Part shown: positions 50,621 to 63,416 of the stretch, one piece after another
How positions within the stretch are numbered: the first letter of the stretch is position 1
Layout of the letters: the number at the start of each line of letters is the position of its first letter
Assembly: GCF_001194135.2 (NCBI RefSeq)
Contig: NC_068990.1
Span: 61,959,901-62,023,900, forward strand
DNA: 64,000 nucleotides
DNA from: Octopus bimaculoides
Taxonomy: Eukaryota
Reading direction: 5' to 3'
Position numbers and translations under genes: made by a program
The notes under the pieces: model-generated
Database searches by the model: none
What the model was told of the DNA's origin: nothing
The model's input: the letters and a program-made list of their open reading frames with translations, nothing else

Positions 50621-52638
50621 CTTCATTTATACATTCAATTTAATCTCTAACCATCACTTAGTGCCATCTTTCAACAAGTAAACCTGTCTTTAGAAGATGA
50701 TACTGAACTCACAAACTTACATTTACAATAACTTTGATGCTATTAGCTTCTATGATGACATAGTTTTGTTGAAGTATAAAAAGAGTTTTAGTTGCCACTT
50801 AAGAATCAGAACATAAAATTCAAAAGCAGATGGCCACCACAGTGAAAAAAACATAAGGCACACTATAACTTGATTTCTGCTAAAATCTAAAGCCTCAATC
50901 ATATTCTTTTATCTTCCAACATACTACTGCTATTTAAGGCATTTAATTTATAAATATTTCAAGACAGAACACTAACATCAGAGAGATTTCTTATTAGATA
51001 GTCTACTAAGTGAAGTATCTGTGTAATATTCTTAAATAAAGAAATGTATTAGAGATAGCAAAGAGACGAGCACCTATAAATAAGAAAATGTTTTTACTTT
51101 CAAAATAAAACTTGTGATTATCTCAGAATATTTGAAAAGAAATAAAAAAAATAAAAAAAATTTAAAAATTGTTGGAATGTATCTTTAATGGAATTTACAA
51201 AATGATACTGTGCCAGAGTACACATTTACATCAATATCAGTCTGTTTATAATCCTACAAATGTTGAAAGACCTAACTAGATAGAATACTACTGACAAATA
51301 TCATGCAACACAACTTCACAGTTGGAGATTTTCATGTGCAACGAGAACATAAACCCCAAAGCTCAATTGGGTTTATTATACAGCTGAAGAAATCTCCAGG
51401 GGAATTTCTTCCTAACAAATTATTAGCTGATAATATCTATAAAATGTGGTAATAGATGTCATCTATAGAACTTATTAAAAAGGGCTTTGTGCCCCATTCA
51501 TTGGTTCTCAGAGAATCAAGTGAACCAACCATTGAGCTATACAAAATTAAATTCCATCAGATCATTAAGTTTCATTCATCAAGCTGTCAGACTGACCTAG
51601 TTTATGTATACTAAATGAATTTCTACATGCTGGCAATGATTGAAGTCTTAATCTTTAATTAATCTAAATGAACTATCAAATAAAAATTAAGACAAGAAAA
51701 AAAATGAACAGATAAAACAAAATATGCTTAGTTCAAAATAGCTACCTCCATTCATCTATTTGATAAAATAATACAGTTAACTTTTTGAACAAACTAGACA
51801 ACAACACTTGCGCAAGGTGACCCTGAGGCAGCAATAGGAAATAGTTCTGAAATATAGTAACGAATGAGGTTAAAATAATAGGTAATTAAAATGCTAAGAT
51901 TCTGCCCCCCAAAATTTGAAGAGTTCAATTGCTGCAAAGAGCATTGTATTTTGTTCCACAGCAAAGCACACATAAATCTATGCAGGCCCAACCCATTTCA
52001 CATACAATTGAATAGTTTAATATTAAGGACAGCCAACTGCAGACTGCCTGCTCTATTTATTTACAAAAATGGCTACATTTCAATAAACTACTGAAGCAAA
52101 GTCTATGCAGCTGATAAGTTAGGTAGACTTACATGTACATTTGTGACATGCAAGTAACCATTTTTTCAAGGGAAATAAGCCTGTATAATGCAATAATAGA
52201 GGAAGAGAGAAATGGTCAAGACAATAGGGTATTGGATTACTAGTCCATAAATGTGAGTTATTTTAGCTACTTCTCACTATGTCTAAACAGAACACAAACC
52301 TATATTGGCCAGATCCTTCAGCAGTCTTCTGGGAATGTTAACTGAGATAAGCCTGAACTTTATACATCTCTTTCCTTGCAGCTAAATACTCACTTTATGA
52401 ACATTAGTGGATAGTAGGGGGATCATATTCGTCAGTGCAATTTAAATCACCGAGACCACACAGTTTCATTACAAGTTACATTTCCTTTCAGGTTCCAAGA
52501 ATTAGTGACATGAAGCCATAATTAGTATCGAGTTCAAAGTAAGCAACTTTATGATAATTGCTGTGAGGTTGTTGTCAAAACCATCTTTGTAAAGAGAGAC
52601 TAAAATCAATAATAATTGCATTACAAAAATACATTAAA

Positions 52639-53045
52639 CAGGAGTGGCTGTGTGGTAAGAAGCTTGCTTCTCAACCATATGGTTCCGGGTTCAGTCCCCC
52701 TGTGTGGAATCTGAAGTAAGTGTCTTCTACTATAGACTCAGGCCGACCAAAACCTTGTGATTGAATTTGATAGATGAAAACTGACAGAAGCCTGTCGTGT
52801 GTGTGTGTGTGTGTGCGTGCATGCACGCATGTGTCTTTGTTTGTCTGCCACCACTGCTTGACAACTGGTATTGGTTTTGTATACTTCCCCATAACATAAC
52901 AGTCCAGCAAAAGACACTGACAGAATAAGTAGCAGGCTTAAAAAATAATCGATTCATTTGACTAAAAAAAATTAATCAAGGCAGTGCCCCACCCAGCATG
53001 GCCGCAGTCTAATGACTGGAACATGCAAAAGATAAAAGAAAATAA
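52639..53045 (+). mobile_element. SINE-A, full length
   Basis: caggagtggctgtgtggtaagaagcttgcttc...ggttccgggttcagtccc ... ccagcatggccgcagtctaatgactg. Confidence 0.9.
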
Positions 53046-53261
53046 GAGAAACCAAAGGTTTAAGTTCCTGAATACTAAACTAAAAGAATTAATACTGAAT
53101 GCGACTTGATATAGGTGCTGTGCATACCAAACACTATTTGTTTGTTGATGCAAGGCAGCTGAAAGAATAAGAAACTATAATCATAGTAAAACAAACAACA
53201 AGATAACTACTTCAGCTGAAACTGATAGAAAACCTTTCTTATGGTCTACATTCTTTTGTTC

Positions 53262-53604
53262 GTTTATATGTTTGTCATTTGACTGTGGCCATGCTGGAGC
53301 ACTGCCTTTAGTAGAGCAAATCAATCCCAGAACTTATTCTTTGTAAGCCTAGTATTTATTCTATTGCTTTACGGGGACGTAAACACACCAGCATCGGTTG
53401 TCAAGTGATGTTGGGGGGACAAACAGACACACAAACACACACACATATACGACGGGCTTTTTTCAGTTTCAGTCTACCAAATCCACTCACAAAGTTTTGG
53501 TCGGCCTGAGGAAGACACTTCCCCAAGATGCCATGCAGTGGGACTGAATCCGGAACCATATGGTTCGTAAGCAAACTTCTTACCACACAGCCATTCCTAT
53601 GCCT
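53262..53604 (-). mobile_element. SINE-A, near full length
   Basis: gtcatttgactgtggccatgctggagcactgcc ... cttcttaccacacagccattcc. Confidence 0.9.
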
Positions 53605-53629
53605 ACATCATTATAGAAACTGAGAAGTA

Positions 53630-54295
53630 ATAATCCTTTTTACTGTAGGCACAATTCCTGATGTTTGTGAGGAGGGAGTAAGTTGATTACAATGCCCCCC
53701 ACCCCCACCCAATGCTCAACTAGTATTTATTTCTTTGACCCCGAGAGGATGAAAGACAAAGTCGATCTTGGAGGAATTTGAATTCAGAACATAAAAATGG
53801 ACCAAGTGCTGCTAAACATTTTGCCCAATATGCCAACGATTCTGTCAGGTTTCAAATTTTGGCACAAGGCCAGCAATTTCAAAGGAGTGGGTAAGTCGAT
53901 TACATCAACCTCAGTATTCAACTGCTACATATTTCGTTGACCCTGAAAGAATGAAAGGCAAAGTTGATCTTGGCAGAATCTGAACTCAGAACATAAAGTT
54001 GGACAAAATGGTGCTAAACAATTTGCCTGACATGCTAATGATTCTGACAGCTCATTGCGTTGAAAATAATGGTTTCAAATTTTTGACACAAAGCCAGCAA
54101 TTTTTTTTGGGGGGTGGTAAGTTGATTACATTGACCCCACTGTTTAATTGGTACACATTTTATCAAACCCAAAAGGATGAAAGGCAAAGTCGACCTCAGC
54201 AGAATTTGAATTTGGAATTATAAAGACAGACAAAATGATGCTAAACATTTTGCCTGGCATGGTAATGATTCTGCTAGCTCACTGCATTGAGAAGA
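53630..54295 (-). mobile_element. Three head-to-tail SINE-B copies (~220-bp period)
   Basis: gatgaaag(a/g)caaagt.ga at ~53748, 53951 and 54176; tttcaaatttt.g.cacaa.gccagcaattt at ~53850 and 54073. Confidence 0.88.
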
Positions 54296-55517
54296 AATAA
54301 TACACGTTTTAAACAGACATAATAGCTGATCAGTCGTGGCAAACTCTTGGTCAGATTTACTCTAACAGTTACTTCATTTTATACTTGAGTAAAATATCTC
54401 AAACAACCGTGTTCGTTTCTATGTCGAAGCAGCAAAAATAATTCCAACTTCATGCCAGAGCAGTAAATAGAGAACTAAAATAACCAGCCTGAAGGTCCCT
54501 TCCACAAGAAAACATATCCAGCTGCATGAAAGTAATAAGTCATTACATGATAAATAGTGTACCAGCTCTATAAACGTTGATTAAATAATAATTTAAATTA
54601 ATCTTCTGTGACAATTAAAAACAACATATTAATAAACTGCTGAGTAAATCAACAAAACTGAAGTATTTCAAATAAAAATGAAACAATAAAGTAAAAAAAA
54701 AAAAAGGTTAGATTAATTGAAAACATGACATATATTTGAACAACATTCAGGTGAACCCCTATATCTTTATATGAGACTATGGAATGAACTGACAGTTGAG
54801 TTTACATGGCATTTCAATAGATATGCTTTGTAAGCATCTTCAGGTGCCATATTCCATCTAGTGAGGATTGGTAAGAATAATAGGCTGAAAGCTAAATTAT
54901 TGATCCAATCTTCAGGTGCGTTTACTAGTCTAGTTACCTTGTGCTGAGAATGTGTACAGCATCAAGAATCAATACTAAGCACTTGATTAATTGTAATTCT
55001 GCTCTTATATATATATATATGTATATATATTTTTTTTTGCTTTTTTCCCCATTCTTCCATTTATTTATTGGCCCCGCGTTGATATCAGTAATAGGTTTCA
55101 ACCCTTCACATGTTCAAGCCTCATTAAATACAGATTTTCTAAAACTAAATATAAAAATTAGTGTTTTTATAAAAACATTCTTTATATTTCAAGAATTTCT
55201 AATTGGTATATGATTGTAAAATAGTAATGTAGTGATAATTATTTGCTTCGTTTTTCTTTCCAAAACAGAATAGATGATAGAAATCGATGGATAAAACAAG
55301 ATGCTTTCTTTTTGTCTTTTTTCTTCACTAACATAGGGGCGATTATGTCTTCTCAATAAAAATGAAAAACAATATTCCAGCAAATTTTGATTTTTTTTAT
55401 AAACTAGGTTAAGTTGGAAAATAACCTAACTACATATTAGTTTGGTCTTCCTGTTGCTTAATATAATTTTTTATTTGTGTTACTAATACTTCGGCTTAAA
55501 ATTAAATGTCTAGAAAA

Positions 55518-55940
55518 AAGGTGGCAAGCTGTCAGAAACATTAGCATGCTGGGCAAAATGCTCAGCAGCATATGGTCTGTCTACATTCTGAGTTCAAATA
55601 CCGCCAAGGTCAATTTTACCTTTTTTTATCCTTTTTGGAGGTCAATGTAATCAACAAGTCCCCCTTTCACCAAAATTGCAGAATTTATGCCTATAGTAGC
55701 AAGGGTTATATGTCTAAAAGATGGTGGTGGTGGATTAGTAAAATCATTAGGGTGGTGTATGAAATAAGCCACAGAATTTCTTCCAGCTTTTTATGTTTTG
55801 AGTTCAAATCCTACCATGGTCAACTCTATCTTTCATCCTTTTAAAGATGATAAAATAGAGTAGTAGGAGAGAGGGATGGTCAATGGTATTAACCAAACCA
55901 TTTTCCCAAATTTCAGGCCTTGCGCCAGTGCTTAAAAAAC
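55518..55940 (+). mobile_element. Two head-to-tail SINE-B copies, decayed
   Basis: tgagttcaaat..gcca.ggtcaa at ~55588 and ~55799. Confidence 0.75.
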
Positions 55941-55989
55941 AAGTATAGGAATAAAAAGAAAAATGTTATTAACTTTTAATTAATCTTTT

Positions 55990-56355
55990 ATTCATTTAAC
56001 TGTTTCAGTTATTAGATTGTGGCCATGCTGGAGCACTGCCTTGAAGGGTTTTAGTCAAACAAATCGACCCCAAGACTTATTTCTTAAAGCCTAGTACTTA
56101 TTGTATCAGGCTCTTTTTGCAGAACCACTAAGTTATGTGGATGTAAACACACTGACACCAATTGCCAAGTGGTGATGGAGAGACAAACACAGAAACAAAG
56201 ACACACACACAGATATATATATGATGGGCTTCTTTCAATTTCCATCTATCAAATCCATTCACAAAGCTTTGGTCGGCTCAAGGCTATAGCCCAAGGTACC
56301 ACACAATGGAACTGAACCTGGAACCATGTGATTGGGAAGCAAGCTTCTTACCACA
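55990..56355 (-). mobile_element. SINE-A
   Basis: tgtttcagttattagattgtggccatgctggagcactgcc ... ggaaccatgtgattgggaagcaagcttcttaccac. Confidence 0.88.
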
Positions 56356-56394
56356 TTTTTTTTTTTTTCAAGCATTGTATTTCCTTAATACTGA

Positions 56395-56613
56395 TTTCAA
56401 ATGTTGACCCAAGATCAGCAATTTCAGAGCAGAGGGTAAATTAATGATTACATCAATCCCTGTATTCAACTGGTACTTATTTTATCCACTCCGAAAGGAT
56501 GAAAGGCAAAGCTGACCCCGGCGACATCTAAACTCAGAACATAAAATATCAGAAGAAATGCCACTAAGCATCTTTTTACGGAACGGTATAACAATTCTGC
56601 TAGCTCACTGCCT
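56395..56613 (-). mobile_element. SINE-B
   Basis: gaaaggatgaaaggcaaagctgaccccggcgacatctaaactcagaac...ctgctagctcactgcc. Confidence 0.85.
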
Positions 56614-57025
56614 TGTATATTTCCTTGATATTGTTACTGAAATATTTAGTTGTGAAGAAACTACCAAACACTAAGCAAGCTTGGGTAACTACTCATTGTA
56701 CTATGTTTAACAATCTCCTTCCTATCTTGTAAAGCTTCTCACACAGTTTGTCATGCGTTGAGCGGAAACTGAAGCAAACGCCCGTTAATACTAAAGCATA
56801 TAGTTTAAGCTACAATCCACCATCAGCATTAAATATTTACTGTATACTGGTTGAAAAACAGACCCAGGATAGAGGAATCTTAGTATAACACTATGTATAA
56901 GATGTTACGTTTCATATATAAAGACAAAAATGATTAAGTAGATACAGTACTGTCACTGAACAAGTGAACAGGAAGTTCATGTTCTGAATAAGCAATACAC
57001 AGAATCTCTAGATAGGATGCAGATA

Positions 57026-57184
57026 CAGGCATGACTGTTGGGTCAAGAAGTCTGCTTCCCAACTACATAGCTTTGGGTTCAATTCCACTGTGAGGCAAAC
57101 TGGGTCAATGTTTTCTACTACAACTCTCAAACCGACCAAAGTTTTGTGAGTGGATCAAGTAGGCAGAAACAGGAAGAAGCTATA

Positions 57185-57279
<95 letters not shown>

Positions 57280-57520
57280 ATGTGTGTGTGTCTGTGTGTG
57301 TTCTTGTCTTGACAGTGCAGTAGTTGTGAATGAATCTCAGCACCACACAAGCAGTGACATTCATTTTTAATCTTCAATGAAAAGATGCCAGGCCATGGGG
57401 GTGGGAGGAGAAATATTACCTTACTTGGAAACAGACAGGGGTCAGTGAAAGGAAGGGCATCTGTTCATAGAAAATTTGCATCAATGTAGCCCATGCAAAC
57501 ATGGTAAAGTGGCTGATGAT
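57026..57520 (+). mobile_element. SINE-A head/core with an RTE-type tail (variant), decayed
   Basis: SINE-A head to (GT)n, then ...ggaagggcatctgttcatagaaaatttgc...cccatgcaaacatgg...gatgatg. Confidence 0.7.
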
Positions 57521-57711
57521 GCTTCAAAAAAACGATCATCATCATAATCTTCTTTAACATTTCCTTTCACTAGGCAACTGTGTACTTGAGCGTCTGGCAA
57601 GATTAATCCCAATGGAATTCTCAGAGGATAGATTACACAGAACACTGTAGCAAAACTGTTGAGTGAAAAGCATGGCAGTTGTTGTTTCTCTGTGTTAGTT
57701 GTTGTTGGTGT

Positions 57712-58086
57712 GGAGGCGCAATGGCCCAGTGGTTAGGGCAGCGGACTCGCGGTCATAGGATCGCGGTTTCGATTCCCAGACCAGGCGTTGTGAGTGTTTA
57801 TTGAGTGAAAACACCTAAAGCTCCATGAGGCTCCGGCAGGGGATGGTGGCGAACCCTGCTGTACTCTTTCACCACTACTTTCTCTTACTTCCTGTTTCTG
57901 TTGTGCCTGTTATTCAAAGGGTCAGCCTTGTCACACTGTGTCACACTGAATATCCCCGAGAACTACGTTAAGGGTACATGTGTCTGTGGATTACTCAGCC
58001 ACTTGCACGTTAATTTCACGAGCAGGCTGTTCCGTTGATCGGATCAACCGGAACCCTCAATGTCGTAAGCGACGGAGTGCCAACAA
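57712..58086 (+). mobile_element. Young tRNA-derived SINE-D
   Basis: ggcgcaatggcccagtggttagggc (A box, GCCC/GGGC D-stem), ggtttcgattccc (B box), many intact CpGs; imperfect flanking repeat ttgttgttggtg/ttgttgttagtt. Confidence 0.9.
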
Positions 58087-58121
58087 AATTGTTGTTAGTT
58101 ACAAACCCAAACAACTTCATC

Positions 58122-58558
58122 AACATCTTTATTTAACGTCCATTTTTCCATGTTTGCTCATGGCTCAGATGGAATTTGTTGAGGCAAATTTTCTATAGCT
58201 GGATGCTCTTCTTTTTACTAAACCTTACTTGTTTCCAAGTAAGGTAATATTTTCTCATACTTTCTCATATTTTCCAATGAAAGATTAGAAACAAATTGCT
58301 TGCATGATAATGATGCTCCTCTACATCCACCATGTGAAATCTAAACAAGAGTACACGCAAATACACCCCCCCCCACACACACACACAGCCATACATACAA
58401 TGGGCTTCTTTCAGATTCTGTCAAGCCAATCTACTCACAAGGCTTTGGTCAACCCAGTGCTATAATAGAAGACACTTGCCTAGGGTAGTGGGATTGAACA
58501 GAACCCAAGACCACATGGTTGAGAGGCAAACTTCTTAACCACACTGCCACGCCTGTAC
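58122..58558 (-). mobile_element. SINE-A head/core with an RTE-type tail (variant)
   Basis: tttaacgtccatttttccatg...ttgaggcaaattttctatagctggatg...tttccaagtaaggtaata... then SINE-A core and head in reverse complement. Confidence 0.8.
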
Positions 58559-60658
58559 CCAGCCATCATATAAAAACTAAGCTNNNNNNNNNNNNNNNNN
58601 NNNNNNNNNNNNNNNNNNNNNNNNNNNNNNNNNNNNNNNNNNNNNNNNNNNNNNNNNNNNNNNNNNNNNNNNNNNNNNNNNNNNNNNNNNNNNNNNNNNN
58701 NNNNNNNNNNNNNNNNNNNNNNNNNNNNNNNNNNNNNNNNNNNNNNNNNNNNNNNNNNNNNNNNNNNNNNNNNNNNNNNNNNNNNNNNNNATATATATAT
58801 ATATATATATACATATACATATTTCAGAGATTAAAAAGACTGAATTTAGATTCATAAAAAAAAGTCTTGTTTAAAAAAAATTACTGTCCTGCATAAATAT
58901 GCACAGAAACCTCAACATCCACAAAAATGAACATTATATAATCTAAATGTTATCTCATGGAATTCTAGAAGCAAACTTTGAAATACTAGAAACAAAATAA
59001 TTTACTGTAATCAAAAATATGAAAGAAAGATTTTATTTAGATAGTGAAACAAACATAAGAGTTTACATCGGCAACAGAAAGTGTCCATTTGAGAGCTTTA
59101 GGTATAATCAAGGTCTTGTTTATCATAACCCTCACTGAACCATTAGAAATAGCAGCATTGCAGACTGATAAGGCTTTTTTTAGGTGAATATCTGCAAACT
59201 GAGCAAACTGCATGGTTTGTGCCAGTGGTAAAATACATCATTTTCTAAAATTAATCTGAAGACAACAGCGTCTTAGCAGACATCTTAAAATGGTTTTTTA
59301 TCTGTTTTTCTATGAATTATATTGAACAAGTTGAAGGAAAAACAAAACAATACAGTTTTTAGATTCTCTATTTTGATGTTGAATAGAAGCAGTGAGTTGG
59401 GGAAACAATACCTAGCTTAATTAATTAGTTCGTCTTAATATTCATGAAAAATCTAAAAATAGCTACTTGCATAATTGTCCAAACTAAACCGCCCTGTTCA
59501 TTTATTCATTTTTCTCGCAGAAAGAGACAGTGTGTGCTTTTAGTAGAGTGATTATGGATGTGGCAGTGGTTATGTGGAGAAAAATAATTGCTCACACTAT
59601 TAAAAAGCTTCTAAGAGCCGATTGCTATTTCTAGGGAATTGGGTAAGCAGCACTAGACTAAATGCTAGTTGTCTTCGATGTAGTCAAACATAGTGGGTTT
59701 GTTTGTCAGGCTGTGTGGGTGTAGAGGGTATAGGTAAATGACTTCTTAAAACTTTCTTACACTAATTCATTGTTGTTGTTGTATAGCCCCAGGCCACCTT
59801 TGCCTGAGTAGGTTTATATCAAGCATGCAGTCAGCTAAACAAAGAGACAGTGTATTTAGTAGGTGTTGCTTTAAGTTTGTTGTTGCACATCTACAAAGCC
59901 TGTATGGAGTCACTCAACCTACAAGAAATTGACTGTAAATTTTTCTCAAACACTACACTACCAAATTATAATTGGATAAATATACAGGATATACTAATAC
60001 TAATATATTAACACTGCTTAGTCACAGCTAAAATGCCACTTGAACAATAAATTACAAACACACAAAAATATTTCTCAGCATCTGCTAACACCTTCAGAGA
60101 ATGACAGAATCCTGCACAAAAAAAAAAAAAGCTCTAAAACCCTTTAAGAAAGCTAAGTGTGTGGTAAAGTCTACNNNNNNNNNNNNNNNNNNNNNNNNNN
60201 NNNNNNNNNNNNNNNNNNNNNNNNNNNNNNNNNNNNNNNNNNNNNNNNNNNNNNNNNNNNNNNNNNNNNNNNNNNNNNNNNNNNNNNNNNNNNNNNNNNN
60301 NNNNNNNNNNNNNNNNNNNNNNNNNNNNNNNNNNNNNNNNNNNNNNNNNNNNNNNNNNNNNNNNNNNNNNNNNNNNNNNNNNNNNNNNNNNNNNNNNNNN
60401 NNNAAAAAAAAAAAAAAAAAAAAAAACTTTGTGAACATGACACAAATATCTAAATATTATGTAGCACACTAATTACTTCTAGAAATAGGAAAGGATGAAA
60501 GACAAAACATGTTCTAACAGGGTCCATATTATTAAAGATGTACAGCTAAATTAATAATGAGAACTGAAGAAATAACATCGTTATTTGATTTCCCCTTGCA
60601 TGTAAATCATTCATTTAACTACAAATTTACATAAAATTATAGACATGTCTATTTAGGC

Positions 60659-60920
60659 TAGTAGTTCTCAACTGAGGTTCATATGGCCCTTGGGGGTCCA
60701 TATAAGATTTTGTTGTTAAAATTTATCAGCAATAAATTGTTAATACTTCTACAATACACAAAATATTTTAATGATTTTTTTTTATGCAATTCCTAATAAT
60801 ATTTAATTATAAAAATCTAATAAGATTTTATAGATATCGAATGGCTATGAGGGTCCACCAGAGTAAAATAGAACCAAAGGGGTCCATAAGTTAAAAAAAA
60901 AAAATGGTTGAGTATCACTG
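60659..60920. mobile_element. hAT (Charlie/Buster-like) MITE
   Basis: TIRs tagtagttctcaac and gttgagtatcactg; 8-bp TSD atttaggc/atttagac with central TA. Confidence 0.88.
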
Positions 60921-61597
60921 ATTTAGACTAAAATATTTGTGAAGTGAAAGGAAACTTTGTCTTGATAAATTATATATTTTCTATACATCAATGGATCTCA
61001 CAGGTCCTTTTTTAGTCAAAGTTCAACATTTAGAATATTGATATAGAATGAATAACTGCAGAGAAATTCGAAGCTTAGGGACCTGTATAACAAGCTCTGT
61101 GCTTAAAAGTTATTCAAAGAGCCATCACTGCAAATGGACAAAAGAAAAGATTCAACTTAGTCTTCCTTCAAATATTTATCTAAATCTTGGACTACCAGAG
61201 TAGGTAAGAATATATATATATATACATATATACATATATATATAATTTTGTTAAAGATAAATTCAGTTATTGATAGTACGTGAATAAATCCCAGTGCAAG
61301 AAAGCTACTTCCTTTATTGATCTTAAAATAGCAAAAGGACATGTGTTACCTGTAATATTCTAATTCAGGGAAATGAGAAAGAATAACCAACTGATCACAC
61401 ACTAAACCTGATTGTTTTATATTTTGTATATTTATTATCTGGAGATAATTTCAAATGATATATTTACATAAAACCACTCATAAACTCAGGGACAGAATTT
61501 GCTTAGGTGGTGCAAACTCAGGTTCAAAATGTTTTATAAACAAGGTTGATTTTTTTTTCAATCTTAATATCAAAACAAATGCAGATATAATAATGGC

Positions 61598-61808
61598 TTC
61601 TAATTTTGGCACAAGGCCAGCAATTTTGGAGAAGGGGATAAGTTGGTTACATCAACCCCAGTGCTCAACTGATACTTATTTTGTTGGCTCCAAAAGGACG
61701 AAAGGCAAAACCAACTTTGGCAGAATTTGAACTCACAATGTAAAAATGGACAAAATACAGCTAAGCATTTTGCCTCGTGTGCTAACGATTCTGCCAGCAT
61801 GCCACCTT
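61598..61808 (-). mobile_element. SINE-B
   Basis: taattttggcacaaggccagc...aaaggcaaaaccaactttggcagaatttgaactc...gctaacgattctgccagc. Confidence 0.88.
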
Positions 61809-62289
61809 AAAAATAGTTACCATTATCATATTTCTACATCAATCAAATTATATAAATCCAATAATGGAAAAGTAATGTTTCAAATCAGTCCAAACATATT
61901 TCTCTGCTTGTTTGGCAACAAAATTTTAGAGGAGGATATTCAAAGCATTTTCACAGCTCCTTCCCCACAAAAATAAAACACTAGTGGATGTGCTTACACC
62001 CTCTGCATCCCCTTTTCCCAAGCCTGTGTTTATGTTGGATATTCTTCATAATCAATGTCCCAACCATTTAGGCATTCAAAGATTTTTCATTCCTGTGAAG
62101 TTCTTAAGCCTTAATATTTCAGTTATGCAACAGGGAAACTGGAAACGGAGTTCTGCCAAAACTGTAATGAAGGCACTGGGACTGATTTGTTAAGCAACAG
62201 CTATTTCAAGAATGATCTTCAAACCACTTTCCTTTTTGAGATCAACTGACTGAAAGACACTCACTTTAATAATTCACAGAAATATTTAT

Positions 62290-62612
62290 CTGGACTGCGG
62301 CCATGCTGGGGCTCTACCTCTAAGGGTTTTAGTGAAATAAACAGACATAAGTGCTTAACTTTATAAGTACTTATTCTATCAGTCTCTTATGGCAAACTGC
62401 TAAACGAACACCAGTCAGCAAGAGGTGGAGGGAGGGGACAAACACACACCCACAGGCTGTTTCAGTTTCTATTAACCAAATCCATGCACATGGATATGGA
62501 CAACCTGGCGTTATAGTAGAAGATACTAATCCAAGGTGCCACAAAGTGGGACTGAATCCAGAACCATGTGGTGGGGAAGCAAACTTTCTACCACACAGTC
62601 ACACCTATGCCT
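62290..62612 (-). mobile_element. SINE-A with deletions
   Basis: ggactgcggccatgctggggc ... gtgggactgaatccagaaccatgtg...ttctaccacacagtcacacc. Confidence 0.82.
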
Positions 62613-63321
62613 AGAACAGTGACGTTTTTGCATAAATGTCCAGATACTTTAAATGTAGACATGGATTGCATAATTTGATTATTCTATACAAAGTAAACAT
62701 TTCTGATATGAAAGATGACAAGGAAAATATTTCATTAAAGAAAAAAATTACAAAAGACAAACTGAAATGTAATTAAGAATGGTAATAATAAGCAAATGGT
62801 TCTGCTACTTTTGAATATATCTGACTGCAACAGGAACAGACTAATAATAGAGTAACATACCAATATACACAGAACACAGTGAATAATTTTACCAACTTTT
62901 AAACATGATACAATGGAAGCAAAACTGTATTCTAGTTTGAATTTTTTTTATTAAAATTTTTCCAGAATTGCTTGAGTATTTTTACAGTTTATATGGAACA
63001 TGAAAGTTCTTGTGTCCATAGACATTACTAAACCTTAATGGTCTTATCTTCTGGTTGAAGTGGTTGGTATTGCAGTGTGACAATGTAACCAATGCAACAA
63101 CAGGTGTGACTTCAACACCAGATTCAAATTTTTGCAATAACATCCATTGTTTTTCAGCAATCAGTGATTAATCTCCATGATCAGCAAACATTGCCATGTG
63201 TTGATGTTAATCTCATGTTGTACAATTTATATCCTTTCTAACAGTAATAATCCAGTAACATGGGGTAATTCAATACAAAATGGATGTGCATTGTTTTCAT
63301 GCTTTCCAATCAAGTTTCGCT

Positions 63322-63416
63322 TTATGTTGTGATGCAGTGTGCCTCAATTGCCATTTGTGAATGCATGACGGTAAACTGGCGCACAAGTGTTAAATTTGTA
63401 GGATCAATGTAACAGA
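63322..63416 (-). CDS. Candidate terminal coding exon (unrecognised product)
   Basis: Strong acceptor ttttactgtttttatttaccag|TC then CYIDPTNLTLVRQFTVMHSQMAIEAHCITT*; AATAAA on the minus strand at 62952-62947; no homology recognised. Confidence 0.2.

Noticed and set aside
57712-57790. tRNA gene
   Set aside because: A and B boxes and a D-stem are present, but acceptor and anticodon stems do not pair and it continues into a 300-bp SINE body
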